Shown piece by piece: positions 50,603 through 61,681 of a stretch of DNA of 64,000 bases. How positions within the stretch are numbered: position 1 is the first letter of the stretch; every line of letters begins with the position of its first letter. Origin of the DNA: an uncultured Acidobacteriota bacterium. Lineage in GTDB: Bacteria > Acidobacteriota > Blastocatellia > RBC074. The DNA lies in NCBI GenBank assembly GCA_963796275.1, contig CAWCKY010000003.1, forward strand, positions 544,001-608,000, written 5' to 3'. The notes beneath the pieces were generated by a model. That model was not told the DNA's origin. It did not search any database and saw only the letters and a list, made by a program, of their open reading frames with translations. The position numbers and the translations under genes are program-made.

Positions 50603-52201
50603 ATGGTCCCGATTACTAACAATGAAGAGGCCATTAGAGCAAAATATGATCTCGACCGCGCGATGCTCGGGAGCGGTTCCCGACAGTTGTTAGCCGGAGA
50701 TGTCGTTCTAACAAATCTCACCTTCGAAAGATTGGAGTTTAGTGTTGAATGGGGAAAATTGATATTCGCATGGTGGGACGAATCGCATTCTCAGAACCTG
50801 CGGGTTTTGGCCTATGAGATTGACCCGACTGAACTACGGCTTAAGGTGACTCGCGGGACCGGTCGCGAAACGGCCATCTTAAGTCTGCGCGAAAGCGAAA
50901 AATGGCGTGAGACCAGGCAGAGTGAAAATCTGAGTCTCATGGGGCGCCGTCAATCTTATGCGCAAATGTTGACAGACCTCCTGACAGCGAGCTACCCGGA
51001 ATTACGTTTGCAGCGGGCAACGACTGGTGCTGACCGCGCTCGCTCGGTTCCCGGGCGATTCGCGCGTTTGTTGTTCCGGCTTCACGATGAGGTAATACTC
51101 GCTATCGGCGCAGGCGATGCCGAATTGCAAGCTGACGTCGATCGCATAGTCGCCGCGGGGTTTGTCTGGCTCGCTGGATACAAGGGCGGGCGCGCGCCGC
51201 TCAGTGGGGCCAAGCGATTATGGTTCTGTGCGCCGCGGGGAAGAGCGCAATCTGTGATCGAAAGGTTGGCGCTGATCGACCTCTCCCACCTCGGTGCCTC
51301 GGTCGAGTGCTTCGAGGTAGATGAAAGAGCCGAAGAGCTGATCGCCGTTCGTCCTTCGACTCAGGATGAGCTGCTGAATGCGCATCCGCGTGAGTTGAGA
51401 TGGCCTGGCGATGCGTATGAGCGCGATGGCTGGAGCGAGCGGATATTGAACTTCGCCCCTCATCTCATTGAGGTTCGGCGTCGACCCGCGCACGAGGGAC
51501 TGGTCTTCTCCATAAACGGCCTTGAATTTGCCCGCGTCACCGGTGAGGGACAAAGAGAAATAATGTTTGGCATCGCGGATTCGCAGCCCGGTGAGGCATC
51601 AAGTCAGGTTAGGCTCACCGAATCGAATTTCGCAGATCTCGGGAAGCTGGTGCGTGAGATCATCCGGTATCGTTCAGCCGATTCTCCTGATCGCCGACAC
51701 CGGTTCTACCGGCTGCGAGAAGAATCATGGCTCGAATCGGCGCTGCGGCGCGATATCTGTACGCTCGACCCATCATTGGACGATCGCTTCGTCTACTCGC
51801 AAATCCCGGCGTGGCGCGCCGATGAACGTTCGGTGATCGATCTGCTGACTATCAATCGCGCCGGACGTCTGGTGGTAGTTGAAATCAAAACCGCGGAAGA
51901 TCCGCAGCTGCCTCTCCAGGGGCTGGATTATTGGCTGCGCGTCGAGCAGTCGCGCCTGCGCGGCGAGTTTGATAAGCGCAGAATGTTCAATGGCATCGAG
52001 ATCGCAGATAAATCGGCCTTGCTCTATCTGGTTGCGCCGCGCCTCCGTTTTCATCGCACATTTGCGGTTGTCGCACGATGCCTCGCGCCGCAAATAAAAG
52101 CATATCAGATAGGCGTCAATGCAAACTGGCGCGCCGGCGTTCGCGTGCATTCAAGAGAACGAGTCAATATGAGCTCGGATGAGGCGGATGAGGTTCGCTG
52201 A
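50603..52201 (+). CDS. hypothetical protein with C-terminal PD-(D/E)XK (NucS-like) nuclease motif
   Basis: E..LE...IDLL....GRLVVVEIK...Q.LDY; 532 aa. Confidence 0.7.
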   Translation: MVPITNNEEAIRAKYDLDRAMLGSGSRQLLAGDVVLTNLTFERLEFSVEWGKLIFAWWDESHSQNLRVLAYEIDPTELRLKVTRGTGRETAILSLRESEKWRETRQSENLSLMGRRQSYAQMLTDLLTASYPELRLQRATTGADRARSVPGRFARLLFRLHDEVILAIGAGDAELQADVDRIVAAGFVWLAGYKGGRAPLSGAKRLWFCAPRGRAQSVIERLALIDLSHLGASVECFEVDERAEELIAVRPSTQDELLNAHPRELRWPGDAYERDGWSERILNFAPHLIEVRRRPAHEGLVFSINGLEFARVTGEGQREIMFGIADSQPGEASSQVRLTESNFADLGKLVREIIRYRSADSPDRRHRFYRLREESWLESALRRDICTLDPSLDDRFVYSQIPAWRADERSVIDLLTINRAGRLVVVEIKTAEDPQLPLQGLDYWLRVEQSRLRGEFDKRRMFNGIEIADKSALLYLVAPRLRFHRTFAVVARCLAPQIKAYQIGVNANWRAGVRVHSRERVNMSSDEADEVR

Positions 52202-52272
52202 TCTTGTCCCCCCCTTCCGCATCCCCGCGAATCTCTTTTATAAAATTGTGTTTAGGCTGGATATACAAAAAG

Positions 52273-53238
52273 ATGTCTGTGAAAAATAGGCAAGCCCCAA
52301 TCCGCAAACCGACAGCAACGCTTGATGGTATTCTCGTTATCGATAAGCCCGCAGGCTGGACGTCGCATGATGTTGTCGCTCGAACCCGGCGTATCCTCGG
52401 AACGCGCCGGATAGGTCACACCGGTACGCTCGATCCCTTTGCAACCGGCGTCCTGGTCTTATGCATCAATCGAGCAACCAGGCTAGTGCGATTTTTAATC
52501 GGTGATGAAAAGGAATATCGGGCGTCTATGCGGTTGGGATATGCGACCAATACCGGCGATTTGACCGGCAATATTATTTCGCCGGTTGCTGACGTGCGCC
52601 ATATTACGGCAGGGATCGTGAGTGATGCGCTGTCCCACTTTCGCGGTCGCATCAGACAAACTCCGCCAATGTATTCGGCCAAGAAGATTGGCGGGGAAAA
52701 ACTATATGAGTTGGCGAGGCGTGGGCTGGAGATCGAGCGTGAACCGGTTGATGTGGAAATAAAAGAGTTGGTGCTGAGCGATCTAAAAGAAAATTCTGCT
52801 CCAGCTGGCGGAAATATCACGAGAGATTGCTTAATACAGGTCGTCTGTTCTTCAGGCACTTACATCCGAACGCTGGCTGAAGATATCGGCAAGCTCCTGG
52901 GAGTCGGAGCGCACCTCGTCGAACTACATCGCACGCGAGCGGGAAACTTCGATATAGGCCGCTCGCTAACGCTGGAACAGCTTGAGCGAGTTGTAGATGC
53001 AGGACTGGCCGACCCTTTGTTTGTCCCAATGGCTGAAGCCCTGCCATTTGAAACCCTGCAGCTGGATGATGATGAACTTAGGGCGATCAGCCATGGGCGT
53101 TCGATCAGACGTCGTGGACCATGGTTAAGTGGGTCAAATGCATCGTTATGCGATCAACAGCGCCGGCTGGTGGCGATTGCGGCATTCGATGCGGAGAAAC
53201 AGAACTGGGAACCGCAAATTGTTCTATCTGCAGAGTAA
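52273..53238 (+). CDS. truB: tRNA pseudouridine-55 synthase
   Basis: DKP.G.TSHD, GHTGTLDP.ATG, PPMYSAKK, GTYIRTL. Confidence 0.97.
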   Translation: MSVKNRQAPIRKPTATLDGILVIDKPAGWTSHDVVARTRRILGTRRIGHTGTLDPFATGVLVLCINRATRLVRFLIGDEKEYRASMRLGYATNTGDLTGNIISPVADVRHITAGIVSDALSHFRGRIRQTPPMYSAKKIGGEKLYELARRGLEIEREPVDVEIKELVLSDLKENSAPAGGNITRDCLIQVVCSSGTYIRTLAEDIGKLLGVGAHLVELHRTRAGNFDIGRSLTLEQLERVVDAGLADPLFVPMAEALPFETLQLDDDELRAISHGRSIRRRGPWLSGSNASLCDQQRRLVAIAAFDAEKQNWEPQIVLSAE

Positions 53239-53550
53239 ATGCGGATTTGTCAAGCATCGATTGCTGATTTTTTATCGCTATTGACCGGGGCTTTGATTAC
53301 AAGGCGTATGGCTGTGATATACTTTTATAGAAATGGAGCAACCCGCCCAGGCCCGATGAGGAGACACCGGAGATATAAACGAAAATGGCCTGGACAATAA
53401 GCTAAATTAACATGAGCGAAGCGCAACGATAGCCGTTTAATCCCAAAGCGGCTTTCTTCATTCTCCCCGGTGACCGTGCTGTAGTGCAGCCGGGATATTG
53501 AGGTAACCCACAACAGGCCGTCAATTTTGCCATTATGGTAGAATAAGACG

Positions 53551-55500
<1,950 letters not shown>

Positions 55501-55547
55501 ACAAGTCGGTTCTCAATCGCACTTTCCAGGTCATATTACAGGTAAAT

Positions 55548-56707
55548 ATGACAGTCCAACGCAACGATTGGTCGCTCCAGCGAAAAGGCAGATCGATCAG
55601 GATCGGCACAAAGAGCGCATTAAGGATGCGATCAAGAAGAATCTGGGCTCGATTGTGTCAAACGAGTCGATCATCCTCTCGAACGGCCGCAAGACAGTCA
55701 AAGTACCGATGCGCGCGCTGGACGAATACAAGTTCCGCTTCGATTACCGCAAACGCAAACACGTAGGGCAGGGCGACGGCAACACGAAAGTCGGCGATGT
55801 CATCGCGCGCGAGAATCAGCAGGGACAAGGGCAGGGGCCGGGTGATGCGGGCAATAATCCGGGGCAGGATTACTACGAAGCCGAGGTCAACATCGATGAG
55901 ATCGCGGCATTGATCTTCGAAGACCTGCATCTGCCCTATCTCGAAGAGAAATCGAAGCAGGCGATTCAATCGAAAACGACGAAATTCACCGAGATCCGCC
56001 GCGTCGGCGCGCTGTCGAATCTGGACAAGCGACGCACGATCCTCGAAAACATCCGTCGCCAGGCGCGCGATAAAGGAAAGGCGAAACTCGGCCCGATCAA
56101 GAAGGAGGACCTGCGCTTCAAGAGTTGGGAAGAGGAGCTCAAATATGAATCGAATGCCGTCGTCATCGCGATGATGGACGTTAGCGGATCGATGGGCGAG
56201 TTCAAGAAATACATCGCGCGCAGCTTCTTCTTCTGGATGGTTCGGTTTCTACGAACGAAATACGATAACGTCAAGATCGTCTTCATCAGCCATCACACTG
56301 AGGCCAAAGAGGTCACTGAAGAGCAGTTCTTCACACAAGGCGAGTCGGGAGGGACGGTCGTCAGCTCGGCTTATAAGCTCGCGCTCGAAGTCATCGACGA
56401 GCGGTTTCCACCGCGCGATTGGAACGTCTATCCGTTTCACTTTTCCGACGGAGACAACTATTACTCGGACAACGAGGACGCGGTTAAACTGGCCGATAAA
56501 CTGATCGATGCTTGTAATCTTTTCGGGTATGGCGAAATCGGCGAAGAGGGGATGGCCAGTTACCGGCGCAGCTCCGGCGCGCTCCTTTCGATTTTCAATG
56601 ACAGGCTGAAGAATCAGGACCATTTTATTGGCGTCCGCATCGATGATAAAGAGGATGTATACCCGGCCTTGAAACAGTTCTTTGGCAAGCGCGGGATTGA
56701 GGCGTAG
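55548..56707 (+). CDS. yhbH: YhbH/YeaH (DUF444, VWA-like) protein with one frameshift near 55590
   Basis: MTVQRNDWSLQRKG then shifted IDQDRHKERIK; MDVSGSM, ESGGT..SS, FSDGDN. Confidence 0.88.
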
Positions 56708-56798
56708 ATACAAGACCGCAAGAATCATTAAAAGGGGCCGCATTAAACATCAAACGGCGTTTTTGCAGTCCTTTTTGTTGGTGAATATACCCTATAGG

Positions 56799-57077
56799 CT
56801 AGAAGCCCAGTGTGCGGCACATCCCACAATGATCGCAGGCTTTATCTTTCTCGATGGAACACCCTCGAGTTTCGACGAATTCCAGCAGACTGGCGATTGA
56901 GGTCGTCGCTTCGTCGATATTAAACTGCTGACGGCTGGGATGCGCTTCATACTCCGCGCCTGTCCAGGGCGCAGAATAAAAAGATGGCGCGGTTTCGACT
57001 GATCTTAATATTCCAGATTCAGACAATGTACGTCTGACCACATCTCGTACGATGTTTCTTATCGCTTCTTCGTTCAA
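56799..57077 (-). CDS. small BMC-associated protein: encapsulation-peptide-like helix plus C-terminal Cys4 motif
   Basis: N-terminal EEAIRNIVRDVVRRTL; C-terminal C-x7-CxxCxxC; TTGA-coupled to eutN. Confidence 0.72.
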   Translation of the reverse strand: MNEEAIRNIVRDVVRRTLSESGILRSVETAPSFYSAPWTGAEYEAHPSRQQFNIDEATTSIASLLEFVETRGCSIEKDKACDHCGMCRTLGF

Positions 57078-57352
57078 GCCTGATCCTCTTCAATTGAATC
57101 AACCACGCCGACGATCGCGCTATCAATAGCGGCACCCGGTTCTCCCGTCGATGACGTCGATGCGGACCAACCTTCCTGCACGACGATCACTATATCACCC
57201 TCTCCCGCATCGACCGAATCGAGGGCGAGGATGCTCGCGCCGCGCGCCGTGCCGTTGGGATTGATCGGCTGCACCAGCATAATGCGGGCATTCTCGTAGC
57301 GCGCATTTTTTTGCGTGGCAACGACGTTACCAAGCACTCGAGCCAGAATCAA
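57074..57352 (-). CDS. eutN: EutN/CcmL BMC vertex (BMC-P) protein
   Basis: LARVLGNVVATQK, ALDSVDAGEGD, IDSAIVGVVD; TTG start overlapping upstream stop. Confidence 0.92.
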   Translation of the reverse strand: MILARVLGNVVATQKNARYENARIMLVQPINPNGTARGASILALDSVDAGEGDIVIVVQEGWSASTSSTGEPGAAIDSAIVGVVDSIEEDQA

Positions 57353-57639
57353 TGTTTTGTCCTTCCTCTCGTATAAACGTGAGCTTCGGAATCGATGATC
57401 CCGACGATTGTGCAATCGGTCGGGATTTCACTTCCTTCAAAAGGAAAACTCGCCTCTTTGCCGCGGCACCAGAAAACCAGTTCACCGGCGCCCGCTCCCA
57501 CAGAATCAACGGCGACGAGCGGCTTACCAGTTGGGCGTAAGTTCTCGTCGAGAACCTGGATGACCAGTAGTTTACGCCCTGCCAGCGTAGCGTTCTTGAC
57601 TGTCGATACGATATTTCCGATTACGCGCGCAATCTGCAT
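57349..57639 (-). CDS. eutN: EutN/CcmL BMC vertex (BMC-P) protein
   Basis: MQIARVIGNIVSTVK, VAVDSVGAGAGE, PTDCTIVGIID. Confidence 0.93.
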   Translation of the reverse strand: MQIARVIGNIVSTVKNATLAGRKLLVIQVLDENLRPTGKPLVAVDSVGAGAGELVFWCRGKEASFPFEGSEIPTDCTIVGIIDSEAHVYTRGRTKH

Positions 57640-57648
57640 AGTTGTAGG

Positions 57649-57715
57649 TTTCAGTTTCAGTTTTCAGTTCGCTACACTGTTGTTACAGTTCAAACGAACT
57701 AAAACTGAAAACTGA
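57649..57715. repeat. inverted heptamer arrays (CAGTTTT)n ... (AAAACTG)n
   Basis: tttcagtttcagttttcagttc ... gaactaaaactgaaaactga. Confidence 0.8.
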
Positions 57716-59515
57716 TTATATGACCTTGATAACTATCAAAGTCAAATCATCGTGTTGATGTGCGCCGGTGGAGAACTCTCTAACCAGCGTGAGGGCCCCA
57801 TCGACTATCGCATGTGCGCGCAGATGGTGGTGCTGGAGCAAATATTCGAGTATGCGGTGTTCGCCGAACTCCACTCGATTCGGTTGAGGCGTATGAGCTT
57901 CAGCTAGTCCATCCGTATAGAAAAACAATACATCGCCTTTTTCGAGATGCAACGTTTCGCTCTTATATTGCTGTTTGTCGAATACTCCCAACAACAGACC
58001 GCCCGTCTTCAAGGCCCTCCACTTGCCCGATGATCGAACATGTAACGGCGCATTGTGGCCGGCATTGCAGTACTGAAACGTCTTTGTTTCAGCATCTAGA
58101 ATGCCATAGACGAGTGTGACCAGGAGCTGGCTGCCGAGATCGCGATGTAATCGCATGTTGGCATCGCGCAGAACCCGGGTCGGACCGCCGCCGCGACGGG
58201 CAACGCTGCGGAGTATGCTGCGTGCGGCCGCCATGCCCATCGCCGCCCTGATCCCTTTGCCGGAGACATCGCCGACCATCAAACCGAGACGTTTGCCGGA
58301 GAAGGGAATGTAGTCGTAGAAATCTCCGCTCAGATTGAGAGCAGGTTCCAGCCGAGCCGCGATCTCGAAACCTTTGATATGCGGCGCCGACTCCGGGATC
58401 ATCGCGCGCTGGACATCGCGCGCCATCAGGATTTCGCGTTCGAGACTGCGCTCGCGCTCAACGTGTTCAGCGTACAGACGCGCATTGATGATCGCGATGC
58501 TGAGATGGTTCGCAAGGTTCTCCACCAGCCGCCCCTGATATTCATTGAACGCGTTCGTCCGGTTGCTCTCGAGTGCGATGACTCCGATCACCCTCTCCTC
58601 ATAGACCAGCGGAATGGCAAGCATCGAGCGCTGGCCAGGGATGCTCTCTCCCTCCGCCAGATAATAATCGGGATCGAGCAGCACATCCTTAACGATCTGT
58701 ATGCGCCTTTCGCGGACGGCCCGCCCGACAATGCCATTATTGATGCCAGTCCGGTTGGCGCGCTCGTTTTTCTCAAAGTCATATCCGTCCTCGATGCGCC
58801 AGACAAATTCATCGCTTATTTCATCGATCAAGCCGACCAGCAGATAATCGTAATCGATAAGCCGGTCGAGCATCGGCCCGATATTATTGAGCAGGCTGTC
58901 GAGATCGAGGAGCGAGGTGATTTCGTGCCCGATTTCGATGAGGGTGCGCATCTCGCGTGCGCGTTGTCTCAGCTCATCGTAGATGCGGGCGTGTTCGAGC
59001 GCGATCGCGAGCTGGTTCCCCAGGACGTTGAGAACGCGTTCGTGGTCGCGCGTGAAGTAGTTCGGTTCCGAACTCTCAATCGTGATTACTCCGACGATCT
59101 TGTTTTCACGGACGAGAGTAAGCGGAACAGCTATCTCGGAAATCGGCAGGTTATCTCCCTCGGTAGCAATTGGCAGATAACGGGAGTCCGTGGTGACATC
59201 GCCGACATTGATCGTATGCCCTTCGCGCCAGGCGGCAGAGGCGATGCTGCGGTCGAACGGGACAATCTCATACACGGCAACATCCTCGACCTTGTACCCG
59301 ATCGATTTCTTCCAAATAAGGCCGCCGCGTTCCTCGTCCACCAGGAAGAGATTGAAGAATTTGTAATCGATCACTTCTCTCAGCCGCTGGGCGACACGCT
59401 CTATCAAGGCGTCCAAATCGAGGATTGAGATAAATTCAACACTCAATTCATTAATCAAACGCTGTAGCCTTTGCGCTGATTCGGAGGCAAGCGAAGTCGA
59501 TTGTGATGTGCTCAT
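57716..59515 (-). CDS. GAF-GAF-SpoIIE (RsbU-like) PP2C phosphatase
   Basis: Two GAF domains; GDFYD, GDVSGKG, NAGH, YTDGL, DDLT. Confidence 0.93.
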   Translation of the reverse strand: MSTSQSTSLASESAQRLQRLINELSVEFISILDLDALIERVAQRLREVIDYKFFNLFLVDEERGGLIWKKSIGYKVEDVAVYEIVPFDRSIASAAWREGHTINVGDVTTDSRYLPIATEGDNLPISEIAVPLTLVRENKIVGVITIESSEPNYFTRDHERVLNVLGNQLAIALEHARIYDELRQRAREMRTLIEIGHEITSLLDLDSLLNNIGPMLDRLIDYDYLLVGLIDEISDEFVWRIEDGYDFEKNERANRTGINNGIVGRAVRERRIQIVKDVLLDPDYYLAEGESIPGQRSMLAIPLVYEERVIGVIALESNRTNAFNEYQGRLVENLANHLSIAIINARLYAEHVERERSLEREILMARDVQRAMIPESAPHIKGFEIAARLEPALNLSGDFYDYIPFSGKRLGLMVGDVSGKGIRAAMGMAAARSILRSVARRGGGPTRVLRDANMRLHRDLGSQLLVTLVYGILDAETKTFQYCNAGHNAPLHVRSSGKWRALKTGGLLLGVFDKQQYKSETLHLEKGDVLFFYTDGLAEAHTPQPNRVEFGEHRILEYLLQHHHLRAHAIVDGALTLVREFSTGAHQHDDLTLIVIKVI

Positions 59516-59970
59516 ATCACTCTTCTGATCGCGGCGATTACTTCATCATCGCTGGGTCGAAAGACCGGAAAGACTACTTTTCGATAGCGAATATAGCCTT
59601 CCTTATCTATCACCACCACGCCGCGTTTAATCCATAAAGGGCTTTTCATGTCATAGGCGCGCACGACGCGGCCGTCGGTATCGGAGAGCAGTCGCAGGGG
59701 AAGTTTGTGATTAGCTGCAAACCCCGCATGTTTTTCAACCGAATCGATGTTGATGCCGATAACCTCCGCTCCGGTCTCTCGATAACGCCCCCAATTGTCG
59801 CGCACGCTGCAGAGCTGTTTGGTGCAAACAGGTGTTTCGTCGCCGGGGTAAAAGAAGAGAACGACTGCCCTCCCGCGCGCGTCACTCAGTTTCCACCTTT
59901 TTCCATTGCCGTCTGGCAGGTCGATTTCGGGGGCGAGTTGGCCGATCTTTGGTCCGATAGGTCGTGTCAT
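59512..59970 (-). CDS. bcp: peroxiredoxin (BCP/PrxQ, CxxxxC type)
   Basis: FFYPGDETPVCTKQLC. Confidence 0.9.
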   Translation of the reverse strand: MTRPIGPKIGQLAPEIDLPDGNGKRWKLSDARGRAVVLFFYPGDETPVCTKQLCSVRDNWGRYRETGAEVIGINIDSVEKHAGFAANHKLPLRLLSDTDGRVVRAYDMKSPLWIKRGVVVIDKEGYIRYRKVVFPVFRPSDDEVIAAIRRVI

Positions 59971-60031
59971 AGTTTCTTATCTCGTACTTTCCATTAAACT
60001 CGGGATGAAATTGTAAAAATCGTTTTTTCAA

Positions 60032-60104
60032 TGAAAAGCAGAAGGCAAAAAAACAAAAGGGCAAAGTTCAGGTTTTTTTGCCCGCATTTTGCCTTTTCTG
60101 TTTC
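60032..60104. repeat. degenerate inverted heptamer arrays (AAAAGGC)/(TTTTGCC)
   Basis: gaaaagcagaaggcaaaaaacaaaagggcaaa ... ttttgcccgcattttgccttttctgtttcc. Confidence 0.65.
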
Positions 60105-60206
60105 CATCCTGCTTTTCCCGCGATAGCGCGGTTAAATCAATCATTCATTGTGCAACAGCAGGGGAAAATTTGCCAGTTTGAGGAGCGTGTTATAATTATC
60201 CCGCTT

Positions 60207-61340
60207 ATGAGTTCTCTCTTGACATTTGTTCTGCTCGCGGCGCTCGTTGCGATACCACAAGGCCGATTGCAACGATCGGCCGTAACCTCGCAAGTGGACC
60301 AAAACTCGGTCCCGGCGCAGAGGCAAATGCTGGATAAACAGATCGCTGCGCAATTCGCCCCGATCGTATATCAGGGGCTAGGCCACACGCCCCGCGCCGA
60401 TTACATCACCAATTTCGATTTTGACGGCGATTGGAAAGGCGATAACAACTGGAAGAACCTCGACGACCTCTCATACCCCCTGCGCGCCTTCATTTATTAT
60501 GCGGTCTCAGAAACTCCCACCCATTACTTCGTTCACTACGCATTTTTTCACCCGCGCGATTACAAAGGTGATCTGGTGCAATCGCAACTACTGGATCTGA
60601 TTATCTCCGAGGGTTTGAAGCAGGCCGGAAAAGACCCGACCGGAGGTCTTGCCGAAGATGTCGCGCTGTCACACGAAAACGATCTTGAAGGTTGTCTCGT
60701 CGTTGCCCAGAAGTACGGACAGGATCTGGCCAGAGCCGAAGTACGCTATGTCGAGACGATGGCACACAATAATTACTTTAAATATTGTGCGGGCGATGCT
60801 CGAGCCGGTATCTGCGAAAAGATTGAAATGAGAGGTCAACGCCCGCTGATATTCATAGAACCGAGAGGGCACGGCCCATCGAGTTATACCGGCAGCCGCC
60901 ATCAGCTTAAAAACTCGATCAACGGCGTGAAAATATTTTCATTCGCCGGCCGCGCCGACGACCCTGATCGAGTTAAAGAAAAATCGATCGGGTACGATTT
61001 GATTTCGATTTACGATACGCTATGGGTGCACGCAAGGCAGGGCAAGAACGAAACCTATGGCGAGGCTTTCAACTACCAGACTCGCGCATTTTTGAAATAT
61101 CAACTCAACGGATCAGCGAAAAAGTTTGAAAAGAATTTCGGCTCGCTGGGTTCCGCATTTCGGGGAGATGTCGGATTTAAAAATAAAGCGCGCGCGCCCT
61201 GGGCCTGGTATGACGATACGGAGAGGGAGCGCCCGCGCGGCGAATGGTTCTTCGACCCGGCTTCGGTCATAGCCCGGCATTTTGTTATGGAGCAAGCTGG
61301 CTTTTCGAAGGCTTATCTTTACAACCCGTTTTTTGATTGA
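60207..61340 (+). CDS. secreted hypothetical protein with NPP1-like motifs
   Basis: Signal peptide; YAFFHPRD and HENDLEG resemble the NLP/NPP1 Y.WYFPKD and GHRHDWE motifs. Confidence 0.6.
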   Translation: MSSLLTFVLLAALVAIPQGRLQRSAVTSQVDQNSVPAQRQMLDKQIAAQFAPIVYQGLGHTPRADYITNFDFDGDWKGDNNWKNLDDLSYPLRAFIYYAVSETPTHYFVHYAFFHPRDYKGDLVQSQLLDLIISEGLKQAGKDPTGGLAEDVALSHENDLEGCLVVAQKYGQDLARAEVRYVETMAHNNYFKYCAGDARAGICEKIEMRGQRPLIFIEPRGHGPSSYTGSRHQLKNSINGVKIFSFAGRADDPDRVKEKSIGYDLISIYDTLWVHARQGKNETYGEAFNYQTRAFLKYQLNGSAKKFEKNFGSLGSAFRGDVGFKNKARAPWAWYDDTERERPRGEWFFDPASVIARHFVMEQAGFSKAYLYNPFFD

Positions 61341-61451
61341 TGCGGGGAAAACAATATTCGTCTACAGTGAGGCTCTGTCGAACACTTAAATTCACAGCCC
61401 GAGGACTCGGGTTGAGCATATACTGCAAATTGTGCGGGAATTTAGAAGAAG

Positions 61452-61525
61452 TGGAGCTAAGGGGGCTCGAACCCCTGACCTCTTGACTGCCAGTCAAGCG
61501 CTCTTCCAAACTGAGCTATAGCCCC
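61452..61525 (-). tRNA. tRNA-Ala (GGC), CCA not encoded
   Basis: GGGGCTATAGCTCAGTTTGGAAGAGCG-CTTGA-CT-GGC-AG-TCAAG-AGGTCAGGGGTTCGAGCCCCCTTAGCTCCA; G3:U70 pair. Confidence 0.97.
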
Positions 61526-61625
61526 ACATTTACCAGACTTTAACCTACAGGTTTATCTTATCGGTTTAGGTTAAAGTCTTATCCTAATGGTTGAGAACGT
61601 TCGCCTCTTTTCAGAGGCACGACCC

Positions 61626-61654
61626 ATATTAGCCAATTGACTTTTGCCCGTCAA
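61626..61654 (-). promoter_or_regulatory. putative sigma70 promoter for tRNA-Ala
   Basis: TTGACG-17 nt-TAATAT on minus strand. Confidence 0.55.
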
Positions 61655-61681
61655 GTTTTGCGATTCGGGTTATGTATGATC

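Noticed and set aside
53345-53395. Hammerhead-like core (ccgatgag...cgaaa)
   Set aside because: CUGAUGA is altered and stems II and III cannot be formed
58379-59428. 349-aa + strand ORF
   Set aside because: Antisense shadow of the GAF-SpoIIE gene
61340-61525. tRNA-Ala as an island integration site
   Set aside because: No integrase and no duplicated tRNA 3' end seen in the window
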